A stretch of 58,819 nucleotides of DNA, counting the filler, from Sphacelaria rigidula (lineage: Eukaryota), in assembly GCA_964200075.2 (NCBI GenBank). It is 10 parts of 10 records of this genome, joined end to end, with 100 filler letters (N's around TTAATTAATTAA, not from the genome) between each part and the next. Parts side by side here need not be neighbours in the genome. Positions count along the whole stretch, not along the records: positions 35,354 to 41,145 come from CAXNAA020024434.1; positions 41,246 to 47,037 come from CAXNAA020024435.1; positions 47,138 to 52,928 come from CAXNAA020024436.1; 7 more parts are not named here. One strand, 5' to 3'. The notes beneath the pieces were generated by a model. It ran no database searches. It was not told where the DNA came from and worked only from the letters and a program-made list of their open reading frames with translations. Below are positions 35,884 to 47,845 of the stretch, one piece after another. A program made the translations under genes and the position numbers. The stretch's first letter is position 1, and each line of letters starts with the position of its first letter.

Positions 35884-37040
35884 AGTAGCGACGACCCACG
35901 AGCCCTTCACTCGTCTGCGACCGCAGCAACCACTGCAACGGCCGCACTAGTGTGGCTGTAGCCGGAGGATCTGCGTAATTTATTTGGCGTGATCATTTTT
36001 ACTTGCTTGCTCGCATCATACTGCATCATCGAAGAACCATACGGGTCAGTATGGTTGGGTCACACTAGCATTATTGAACACGACGAGCCGCGAGGCTCAT
36101 GCTACTTGTACACAAGCCCTCGACTCTGTACTCTTTTCACTTTCACACGGTACCAGGGCACAATAAAGTGTGATTGGCACCCCATCAACACGCACTACAG
36201 TACATACTTGATCGTCCAGAAGGCCGCGTACCTTTCGCGTTGAAATATTGTTCCGAACTAAAGAACTGATCACAGTACAGTACCGTCTGAGTTCCAAATG
36301 GTCTCGGCGGGCAATATGTTGCGGACGACGAGATACCGTGGTGTACATACGTTGTTACTGCTGCACTATCTGCACGAAATCATCTATATTGCATTGTAGA
36401 TATGAACACGACGCGGATATAGTGGGTGTCGGGTGTTCTTCGTGTAATACAAACGACTTGACGTCGGTACAGCACCATTGACCCAACCCTCCGCTACACC
36501 ACGCGAAGATCATGTGTATTGTAGTGTGTCACCGTGCATTTTGCTGTCTGATGCTTCATACGTCGCTGGCTGTACTGCCCTACACATTGGTATTACGGTT
36601 GTGCACACTGTCTACCTGCACGATAATACGTAATCGAGACCCCAACTCGGCTTTTTTCAGTGAACTAGGCGGTGCTGTTACATGAGTATCGCCAGCTGCG
36701 CTGATATTGCCTCTGGAAATACGATACGGCATCCGACAGTTGTGTTTTTTTTTCTCAACCTCAACATGTTCTCACAACAGAACTGAGCGGTTTGACATTG
36801 CGGTGCGCTGCGTCCCACACGTGTATCCCTTCATGGCATGCAGGTTTGTCCAATGCGCTGTTGCGCTGATGACAGTCACTGTATGTCTGTTGATTGTGAC
36901 AACCTTCGTTCTCTTCCTTGTCTCTTTGCTGTTACACCTTGTCCACCAACACACACACAAACACGGTTTGTTTTGTGCCTTCGACATTGTTTTTTTTTCC
37001 TTTCGTCTGCACCTGATTTAAAAGGTGATAAACCGCTACA
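35884..37040 (+). mobile_element. Putative LTR of the Ty3/Gypsy element
   Basis: Ends CGCTACA (37040); starts AGTAGCG (35884; 6/7 match to TGTAGCG) or TGTAGC (35957); preceded by a polypurine tract; no partner LTR in contig to confirm. Confidence 0.45.
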
Positions 37041-40000
37041 TGTGCGGAGTGCGCGGACCTACATGTCAATCGAAACCTGTCGACAGTACCCTGCCACTCT
37101 ATTTCTTTTATTTTTTTTCGCTCCGCCTCAGTCCTCAACAACTGTGCTGTCTCCCACGACGAAACGTTCACTTTTCAACCCCCGCATCTCTACGTTAACG
37201 ATCTGGGGCAATTGCGCACGTGTACAAGCCATTTCTGATATCAACCGCCCTACGACTTCATCGCAGCATGATGTTACGAAGGACGGTGCACTCCCTACAG
37301 ACAGTGGTGACCGACCGTACAAGTTAACCACGCGTAGTGAGACGAGTGACAAAGAACCAGAACCTTGTGATGTTGATGACAGCGTCGTTGCAGGACGTAT
37401 TTACAGGCACGTGCGGGTGGATAAAGACAACCCTCCTTCACATGCTCACCCTAACCCCGTTGGTGCCCACTCCCCTGTACACCAACCAGCCACTCAAAGC
37501 GCTGACGGTGTTCCCACTCTTCTGTCTAAGATGGCACCGCTCCACGTGAGCCCTATTGCTACGAAAACCTTCACTGACGATGACCTTCTCACCCCACCAG
37601 AGCGGTTCCCACACAACACTGATGCTCACCTCACAACTTGACAACCTTTTGGGAACGTTCTACAAGTTCCGGAGATTTCAAATAGCATCCAGTGGGGTGA
37701 CCCAGGGCGCGTTGCTTAGCCCAAAACCTAAGCGTCGCCACCTGCCTGTTTGTTCTCTACTTCTGCAGTTCATTTCTCATCAGTCGGTACAATCCCACAA
37801 TCAGGAATGAACAATGACCGGTAATTCACCGCAGAAGTATCCAACAATTTTATGTCAACAATTGTTTTCGCTCGGCCAGGTCACACTCATCACACACGTG
37901 AATCAACGGCGGCCACCGCGGGTTCAACCATGTGGTGTGGGTTCCGTGAATATGCTAACACTGCCTTGAAGGGTTCCAAGACAGTCGAAGCCCGTGCACC
38001 GTTGCATGGCTATCAATTGAGCAGTGACCAAACCCAACGTTTTAACCCTGGAGTTGATCATTACATTCACCAGGTACTAATCATATTCAATCGAATCCCC
38101 TCCCTTCGAAGGAGAGGAAGTCATGTAGTGCAGTTTCTCACGCATCAAGAGCCGAAATATCTTCTGGTACGATGGACACTGCTGCTCCGACCGTTCATCG
38201 GAGGACACAAAATTCAAAGCCGCACACTCAAGCACCCCCCAACTGCTCAAGTGCCCGGCTAACCACCCTACCGAGTTCCGCAAAAACTACGGTACCCGGT
38301 TCCCTTTTACTTGATGAGCGTAAATATTCCTTGAAGGGTCGCAACCGCAAAGAATCCATGCTTTCCGTCGCTCAGCGGGTTGGAATGGAACCCCAAGTGA
38401 CGGCGGCTCAGGTGGTGCGCCAAGAGCGTGACCTAGGTTCGACTGTCCAAGAACTCATTTCAATAGCTCCTGGAGCCGCCGATTCTGTCGTGCGCTACAC
38501 CCGTCACCAGAGACGGGCTCCTCCAGATGATCATGTAGATAATCCTGATGTAGCAAGCGCACGTGAACTCCAAGGAGGAGATTGCGTGTGGGCTCAGGCA
38601 GATGAAACCCTTACAGTGGAACAGGTCGGTACTCCCCAGATTTCGAACAGATCGTTACTGCTCCCTGACCACCCCTCGTGAACTGCGTTAGAGCCCATTT
38701 CCGACGAAGCGTTGCCGCCTGTAGGGACAGAGACTTCGCCGACTCATGAATGTTCGCATCCTAGTTATGAAGGCACCTTGATCGTGTGTTCGTCACTAAG
38801 CAGACAAAGTGTTACGCAAGACGACTCGTCTCCTAACTCGCCCACGTTGGCCCCTTTAATAGACGCCGGGTTAAACAGTACAGCTTTCCCAACCCCGCGC
38901 CCTGACGAATCGTCTCCAAAACCTCCCATGTTGGCCCTAACTAGTGATGGTATTGAGTTGATGGGCGTATCAAACTCAAAACCGCGCCCCGATGACTCGT
39001 TCCCCGTGCTGGCCAAGCTGGATAATGTAATTGATCCCGCTTTGCACAATGACGACTCGCCCCCTCTCTTGGCCAATAAGGGTGGAACGCCACGCACAAA
39101 TCAGTTGTCGGGTCCAACCACGACAACTGCCTTTCCCCGGCATCGCCCCTCCGTTGCAGTATGTGAGATTCAATCCTCGCCTGATGAGACAAATATTCCA
39201 GGCACAAACACTGACACTCCATGCACGCACCATCCTTCCGACCAAAAGCTTGTCCCATAGGATCATCAACGGGTGTATCCGAGCACCTTCGTTCAAAACG
39301 CAAAGCAGGATGTGTCAGATGTCTTACCCAAATTCGGGCCCGATCTCGTCAGTGGTATTGCAACTATGGATGATGCTTCTTTTACGACCAAGATAGGTTT
39401 ACATAGTCAGCGCGTGCAAACTGTCATTTGATAGCTCTTGCACTGCCAGACTCTGGTTCACCTCAAACGTTCATTACAGCCAGCTGCTGGCAACAGATAA
39501 TCAACGCGGGTGCGGCGGACAAGCATTGTCTGTCCACCGTACGCCCCCGTGTTTTTGGTGGATTTGGTTCCTCCACATCTCTTGCGGTCAATCAATCAGT
39601 GAGACTAAGTGTACAATTCTACCAGGATACTACTCCCACTGCTCGGTTGTCCGTATGGGCACTAATTGTGTCCGACGTTTCCACGTCTTTTGATGTTTTG
39701 TTGGGTCGAGATAGTTGGCTTCGTTTTTCCACACATACGTATACGACGGACACACCTGTCCCGAACCGTCCAGTCCCAGGCAAACTGTCACTGGGTCACT
39801 TCGACACTGATTCGGGAGCTCATGCTTATGAGGATGACCCCACGAAAACAGGCTTTCCGTCTGTACTATGTTGGTGAACCGGTAATCTCAACCGGTAATC
39901 TCACTTTCTCGTGAACCCCAACTGATCCAAGTGAACCTCGTGAGACGCAATGAATCACCCGCCCTCACAGGACATTCTTTGGTCGAGTTGCTCAAACTTG

Positions 40001-41070
40001 ACCAAGCACAGGTTGGTCCGTTTGAACAGACCGAACGAAGTATTCGTCCACGAAGGTAGGCAGGCCATTTACCTCACGTCCCCTGCATGTTTCGATATAC
40101 TCAACGGTCAGTTGTTGGGGTATGCTCGAGCGCCTCTCATACGAACCGCCCTGTCAGATGTGTGCCCCCCGGCAAACAACAACTCGCCGACCGACCCCCC
40201 GAAATCCACTGCCCCCTCTTCGCTACACATGCCTGACCCCATGGTGGTGACAAATCCACCGGATGCGCCTGACCCTCAACCCCCAACTGCATTACTGGAT
40301 AGATTTTCTTCAGGACAACGCGCCAGTTTTCAAAAGTTGTGAGATAACATTCCCCCTCCCTTACGGCATATTGTTTTTTATCTATCTGGCGATGGTTGGA
40401 CACCCACTGTAATCGATAGATTGAGATCCATCTTGATTAGATACTCTGAACGGTTTTCTACTCCACCCTTGGATTTAGGTCGATGTACCACGACATCGTC
40501 TAAGATCGAGATTCCTGATGGCACTCCGCCTATCGCTATGCGTCCGTACCGTACGAACCCTCTCTTAGCGGATAAGATCCAGGTAATTCTCGATAGTCAC
40601 TTATCCGCCGGTTTAATTCGGCATTCGACGTCTCCGTGGGCCTCGCCTTTAGTAGTCGTCCGTAAGACGAATGGCAAAATCAGACTGACGGTCAATTATC
40701 AACGATTGAACGCTGTCACCAAAATCGCCCGGCTGCCACTTTAACGGATTCATGAAACTATTGACTCTCTTGGCGGGGGTGAAGTATTTTCGAACTTTGA
40801 CATGCAGTTCGGCTACCACCAGCTCGTGATGGATCCAAATTCCATTGAACTGACAGCGTTTTGCACGCCATCAGGTTTGTACGAGTGGCTGGTTAAACCA
40901 CAAGGTGCCGCCGGAGCTACAGGTGCGTTTCAACGTGTGATGTTCCGTGTAACTGATGGATTGCCCAAATGCTATATATATACGTTGATGATGCCGTGTG
41001 CCACGACTCCACACCGGCTAAACACGTCGAACAGTTTATTCATTTTTCAATCGGTTTGAACAACACAACA
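37041..41070 (+). mobile_element. Decayed Ty3/Gypsy LTR retrotransposon internal region (long low-complexity 5' region, aspartic protease, partial RT)
   Basis: ALPDSGSPQTFI protease, FDVLLGRDSW, PYRTNP, SPWASPLVVVRKTNGKIRLTVNYQRLNAVT, FDMQFGYHQL, TAFCTPSGLYEWL..PQG, frameshifted YVDD; stops and frameshifts. Confidence 0.92.
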
Positions 41071-41325
41071 CTACTGCCGAGATAACCCCCCCCCCCAAAC
41101 CGGCCAAAAACGTGCACGGAGGCTGTGATCATAACTGCCGCTAAANNNNNNNNNNNNNNNNNNNNNNNNNNNNNNNNNNNNNNNNNNNNTTAATTAATTA
41201 ANNNNNNNNNNNNNNNNNNNNNNNNNNNNNNNNNNNNNNNNNNNNCGACGCCAACCCAAGAGTCTAGAGGTGAGGGGGGAAGGGGGGGAAAGAAGGGGAG
41301 GGGGGGGGGAACAGGACGGAACGCA

Positions 41326-44300
41326 TCAAGACTCGTCTTCTCTCCATGAATTGTCGGTATTCCGAAGGATGGCGTCGTCTATGTTGCCGTCGTCATGACC
41401 CTGGAGACACCAGGACCCGCGGCGAGCGGACGGTGCTTCAGTGTAGTAAGCGTCGTCCAAAAGAATCTTCAGGGGGCCGGGGTCATCTAGGAAACGGATG
41501 CAGTAGGCGTTGTCGGAGTCGGGTGCTGGTAAGTGAATCTTGCCCAGCCAGAGAGAGCCCTGCGCCTTGTACCAGAAGTACGCGCCTTTCGGTAGACGTT
41601 TCCTGCGAAAAGAAAGCAAGTATTGCGCACGCGAAACAAGGCTATAGCCGGCCATGACGAACCGGGCCGAATGCTCCCGGGCCAGCTCCCATGCCGCCGC
41701 TCCTTTCCGCATAGACCTGTATCTTCGGTTCAACGCACGGTGTTGCGCAACATCGCCTACCCGGTACAACAGAAGTTGTCTACGGAAATGCCGCAAGTCG
41801 ACTTCCCGTTCCCACGTGACCCGCGTCAATCCTTTCCAGTGCGTCTGGTACATCACCGCTAGTTTACCACCACGATCGCGGACCAGTTGGTGTCCGCTTT
41901 TATGATCGACTACCACGCATTCCACAGGGGCTTGAACGTCTTCAGCCGTGACATGAAAAGGCGGCGACTTGGTGGCATGCCTCGTCAAGGCGTACTGGCT
42001 GAGTCTAACGGCAATTGTTTGGGCATATCAGTGGTGTCGTGCGGGGCGGTGCAGGGTTTGCAGCGCCAGACAGACACGCGGTTTTTCTGCGGAGGCCCAG
42101 CTTCATTCATGGGAATATCGAGGTACAAAAGGTTTGCCCCGATGGGTCGATCATCCGGTGCTGTAGCACTTGACCCCACACCCAACATTTTCCACGGCCC
42201 AGTCAAATTGAGGGACAGCTTGGCCTTCAAAACCTAATCCGGCGAATCCTTACTCGCGCTGGCGCCTTGGCGAATCGTCTGTACATTGTTGTACACCCAC
42301 CCCCATGCACCTACCTTCCACACTGGGCGCTCATGCATCACCGCATCGAAGGTGGCATTGGCACTAACCGCTTTTGCCAAATTGATTTGGTTTTGCTCGC
42401 GCACCAAATCACACGTCAACCGCAGACGATCATTCAAAGGTTATGATAGTCCCTGATATCCCGATCCGAACTCTGATGACCGCCCACGTTGCGACGCTCG
42501 AAGATGGTCAATGGCAGCCTCGGCATGCGACCAACTTGAATTTCATTTGGTGCAAGATCAATGGCGGTGTGGACTGAGTTGTTGTAGTTCATCTGTACGA
42601 AGGGCAGGTGCAGATCCCAATCCGTTTGCCGTTCATTGGTGACGGCTGACAGCATTTGCGCCATCGTATGGTAGACACGTTCCGTTCCACCGTTCGTTTG
42701 GGGGTGATACGGACTTGTAAAAATGCGGTGGGAACCCAGCAGTGCACTAACCGCAGCAAAACGTTTGCCAGAAAAGTGTTGGCCGTTGTCGGACAATAAT
42801 TTCCGGGGGACACTCCATTGTGGCACGTGGTTGTACACCAGAAAGTTGGCGATGCCCTCTGCGAAATAGTTGGTTTCGGAGACGGCGTGCATGACGGCGT
42901 GGCGACTGAAGCGATCAGTAATCAACAAGGTATACTTGTTACCACTCTCCGTGAGGGGCAACGGTCCGAAATAGTCCCAAGATATAACTTCACCGGGCCC
43001 ATTGGGGAGCGGCATGGACAGGGCTGGCCAACGGACGGTCTGGCGTAACATCTTGCGTGCCTGACATATCAAGCAACGCCGTACCCACCAGCGGACACAT
43101 TGGTCAATACCTACCCACCAATAGAATCGCTCGATGACCTGGGCCGTCCGAGTTGTACCCAGGTGGGTTGAAACGTTGGAGTGACAATCGTTTAGGACCC
43201 ATGGTCGCATGAGCATGAGCACGTAAAGGCGAAGAGGTTCTTGACCGAGTGAGCGAGCATATCTACCGGTGGGGCGGTTTGGCTGAGGTGTCCGCGTGGG
43301 TTTGCGGACTAGAAGTACAGTACCATTATCATCCGTATGCAGTTTTCCTTTGTGGGCCAGCTCAGTACCTTCATCCTGCGTGGATGCCCGGCGCCGTCCG
43401 ACGGGTTTGAGGATATCCGCGGAGGGGAATGGAACGGGGCAATTTTGGGACAGGTAGAGTATAGCTGCGCGGCACACGGGCTCATCTGATTGTTCTCGCG
43501 CCCGATCTTGGCGGGAAAACCAGCTTAATTTTTCTTTTCGTTCACTCTCCACATCGGGGCGAAGGAGACAGTCGTAGGCATCGTTCACGGTGTCTGCTGG
43601 ACTGCCACTCTCGGAAGGTAGGGTACAAGGGGAGGCGAGTCCGGACAATAGATCCGTACGTGCAGCTTCGGCCTCTCCAAGAGAGTCGTTGGGAGTGGAA
43701 TATTGTGGGACAGCACGGGCACTGGTACAGGAGAGGTCCATGATCGGAGCATCGTCCTCCGCGGATTCGTCGATCGTCGGCAGACCAGCAGGGGGTGAGC
43801 CCGCCCTGGGCGTTGGCTTGTATCGACGCGGTTGGGGTGGGGCGAGGAAACTCGCCGGCACCGGAACCGGGGAAGGCGGGGGAAGATCAGATCCAGAAAC
43901 AGCGGCGTGCGCGCCGGCGTCCGCTGCTCTGCGACCTCACGTTCTACTAGAAATGAGATCGCGTACTTGTACAGGAAAAACAGATGAGGAGACGTTGAGT
44001 TCCGGGTCAGCGGCAGTATTGATGCGGCGGCCCGTCACTCTGAAAAGGTCGTATCCGGATATGGTACTTGGGTTGGTGTTGGCACTTTTCAACTCCGAAA
44101 GAAAAGATCTGGGGGGCAAGCCACCTAGCGCCATTTTCGGGGCAGAAGGTGCCAGCCCACTCATGCTTAAACCCGTAGTCTCATCGGAGACGAGAGGCGT
44201 CTAGAGACCAAGGTGACCACGGCGGCTGATCAAGTAGACGATATCCTCCGTAGGGTCTGTTATGCGCCCCGCGGGGGAGGAATCAATCGGTGTGGCAAGT

Positions 44301-46900
44301 GTCGGCAATCGCGAGAGGAAGTCAGCGTTGGCGTTCTGCGGACCGGTCCGATACTTGAACTGAAAGTCGTAAGAAGATAGGATTTCAAACCAACGCTGAA
44401 GTCTCGCATTGTGCTTCGCCATTTTTGCGAGGTTTTCCAACGGTTTGTGGTCGGTCAAAATGACGAAAGGAATACCGTACAAATAGTGACGGCGCCCGCT
44501 TCTTGCTCCATAACGCTCCAATTTTATTCGTTAGGGAACGTTGTGCGGCTCAGATAGACTATGGGGCGGATGGATTGATCCGATTGCTCCTGCTCAAGTG
44601 TACAGCCGAAACCGATCTTGTAAACGTCAGTGTGTAGGCGGAAAGGCCGTGAACCGGCCTCGGCGGCATCCCAATTAGGGTATACAAGGATCGGAGGGGT
44701 AGACAGTTCGGCAAGGAGATCGCGGACTGTCTCTTCCATGGATTTGGTGAACTCGAACTTCATCCCTCGTTTGAGAAGAGTGGTGAGGGGTTTCAATGTG
44801 CGCGCGAGATTCGGTCGATATTGGCGATAATAGCTGAGGCCGCCGAGCAGCGAGCGCAATTGAGGGACATCTTTGGGCATGGGCATCTTTGCAAGAGCTG
44901 AAACTTTGTCGAGGGTGGGGCTGCGATCCTCTGGGGTAATGCAATGCCCCAGAAATGTGATAGTCATGGCGCCAATCTGTGATTTTGATGGCGAAAGTTT
45001 CAGATTATGCTGCTCGAATCGGCCAAACAATATCGCTAATTGCTCTACGTGCCCCGCGGGGTTAATATCCTGAATCACGGCATCGTCCAGGTACATCTTG
45101 CAGTTGGGAAGCCCATCGGTGACGTGAAACATGACTCGTTGAAAAGCCCCGGGAGCACCAGAGGCACCTTGTGGTGTCACTAGCCACTCATAAAGTCCAG
45201 ACGGGGTGCAAAACGCCGTCATCTCAGTGGAGTCGGGGTCCATTCCCAGTTGATGATATCCCGACTGCATATCAAATGTAGAAAATATTTTACCTCGTCC
45301 AAGGGAGTCGATGACCTCATCTATACGGGGGAGCGGAAGGCGGGGAACTGTCGTCACCGCGTTCAAGAGTTGATAATTGACAGTGAGGCGGATCTTGTCA
45401 TTTTTCTTTTGAACAACAACCAAGGGTCGCGCGTGAAAGCCTGGGCACCGGTTTGGTCGTCAAGGTGGCCCAGCTGCAATTTGCCGTTCGTGGGTGAATG
45501 CGGTGACGGAGGTTCGGTGGTGTATGTATGTGTCGAAAACCGCAACCAGCTATCTCTGCCTAGCAGGACATCAAACGCCATGGCAATTCGCGGGACAATC
45601 AAGGCCCAAACAGAAAGTTGTGCCGCGGGCTTCGCATCATTGAAGAACTGAACACTTCAACGCACGGCCAGGGTGGCACTCAAAGTAGGACCGGACTCAA
45701 AGCCGCCGAAAGTGCGGGGTGGGACAGCGGACAGACATTCATTATCTGCCGCGCCGGTACGAATCATGCCCTGCCAGCAGCTGTCGGTGATAAAAGTCTG
45801 TGGGGAGCCTGAGTCCGGGAGTGCCAGGGCCATAAGGTGACGACTTGCACAAGAACCACTGTGAAGTCCAACTCTGGTTGTAAAAGACGCATTGTCCAAG
45901 GTGACAACGCCACTCTTGAGATCCGGACCAAACTCTGGCAACGAATCGATATGTGTGCTACGTACCTTATGGACTATGGTATTCAGATACACTCTGGGGT
46001 GGTCCTGTGAGGCCTGGGGATGAGGGCACTGGTCTTGGCTGGTCTCCAACGTTGGGGCGTCAGGGCAACTCATCTCATAGACCGCTATGGGCGAGCGACT
46101 ATTAGGGGTGGCCGTCGTGGTGGAGGCGCGGCCGGCTGTGATGTCGGCAGGGGGGGCATGCACTACCGGCTTAGTGGATGTTACAAGTGTAGGGTCAGCA
46201 GATAGGTCAACCCTGCACCGCGAGGTGCCTGCCGAATCATCTACAGAAGTGGGCAAAGGGGACGACGATTTATCGTCGTCGGACGCGGTTCTGGTGACCG
46301 CATCAGCGGAACTCACGTCGGATACATCAACACATGATCTCCACGGATTTATCGGGAGACACGTTGTCGGGGGCCAAACTTGACATTACAGGGGACGAAT
46401 CGTCTGTAACCCGCCTGAGACTGTCGTGGTGTGGGATCGCCAATGGCGTGGGATCGCCAGTGGTGGACCCGCACGTGTACGCGACAACGAACCGACAGCA
46501 GGTAGGGTAGACTTGTGGCTCAACAAGTTCCGCCGCGACGTCTTTGTTGTTGCTGGCTCATGGTGCAAAGGGGGGACAGAGGGCGGTAGCGGCACATCCA
46601 ATGCCTGAGGCATACCGTCGTGGCCTGTCGCTGTTGGGAAGTTTGCGGGAGTGCTCCGTGACGATGCGAGCTCTTGGCTTACTGACCGGGTCACTGCCGG
46701 GGGTCCTTCTCCAACCCGTGGAGGAAGGGGAAGCGAGGGTTCCCTTTGGTCATGACCCACAGTGGAATAACTATGCTCAACTACAATGGGGCCCGATGCC
46801 ACCTGGGTGTCTGGGCTAACATGTACCCTACGATGGATGGTCGCAGGGGCAGCAACACGAGGACCGGGAGATAGCTTCTCTCTCGGCACGTGGATACCTG
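41326..46900 (-). mobile_element. Decayed Ty3/Gypsy (chromovirus-like) element: protease, RT, RNase H, integrase, chromodomain
   Basis: LPDSGSPQ; RT YLDD; RNaseH LHTDVY/ILTDHKPL/NANADFLSR; integrase HHCC (CHSNVSTH..CLIC), D-D-E (SWDYFGP, SDNG, GTERV), GPW motif; chromo-like YQTHWKGLTRVTWERE; several stops and frameshifts. Confidence 0.95.
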
Positions 46901-47220
46901 CAGGACGTTACCTCCCCCTCTGGTTTAACTGAGAGGAAGATAGCTGTTCACGGATTGAGTTATGAAGTAACAACAAATTGTGCGAATTGAGGTTTAACTC
47001 CGAGATGAGGTTCAAACCTAAAACAGTGCTTCCCCACNNNNNNNNNNNNNNNNNNNNNNNNNNNNNNNNNNNNNNNNNNNNTTAATTAATTAANNNNNNN
47101 NNNNNNNNNNNNNNNNNNNNNNNNNNNNNNNNNNNNNGCTACAGAGTAAAAACTCACACAATGCAAGCAGCCAGGCTGTGCATATTTCCAACAGACTACT
47201 TGTTGATCCTTCAAATATAC

Positions 47221-47390
47221 CTTGCAATATGCTCCATGACAAGGATGTCACGTCCGTCGATCGCTTTGCGCTTGTACCCCAACACGCGGAGTATACCGGG
47301 GACTTCCTCCTATTTCACTGCCAACATCACCTTCACTTCCGTCTGGAGGTCGTTCTCCACGCCTTTGTTCATCAACTTCACCGCAATAGT
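47221..47390 (-). pseudogene. Protein-kinase N-lobe exon (subdomains II-V) with in-frame TAG
   Basis: ttttctcgcag|TIAVKLMNKGVENDLQTEVKVMLAVK*EEVPGILRVLGYKRKAIDGRDILVMEHIA|gtatat; stop at 47310-47312. Confidence 0.7.
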
Positions 47391-47626
47391 CTGCGAGAAA
47401 AACGAAGCAGGGACTTGTCATTTCTGCGCAACTATCCTTTGTGGTCACCCACAGCCATCACTGTACAGTCACGTCGGTCTGGGCGATATCAACGTCGACC
47501 ATTTTTCATCCACAAAAGCCGGCGGAGAGGCCAGAGAGGGACAGGGTGGTTGCGCTGAGAAGTCTTCATCGCGTGTATAGCAGTAGTACTGCAGAGCGAG
47601 TGTTCATTACAATACCTGAAAATTTC

Positions 47627-47845
47627 CAGGGATATACACGTTACACGTTAATTTTAGCCGAAACGTAACGTGAACGTTAATTTTTTTCTTCACGTGATGA
47701 ACCTAACGTGAACGTAACGTCAAATTTTCAAATGAAGCATTAACGTAACGTTAATTTTTTTCAACGTGACGTACATAACGCAACGTGAACGTGAACGTTT
47801 TTTTCGTGATGAACGTAACGTGAACGTGTAACGTGTATATCCCTG
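47627..47845. mobile_element. hAT-like MITE packed with AACGT subterminal repeats
   Basis: TIR CAGGGATATACACGTTACACGTT/AACGTGTAACGTGTATATCCCTG; 8-bp TSD AAAATTTC/AAAATTCC. Confidence 0.9.

Noticed and set aside
43590..44204. 204-aa plus-strand ORF
   Set aside because: Antisense shadow of GC-rich Gypsy pol spacer
35354..47037. Two Gypsy elements seemingly convergent as one large inverted structure
   Set aside because: They lie on separate contigs joined by an artificial spacer and are clearly diverged
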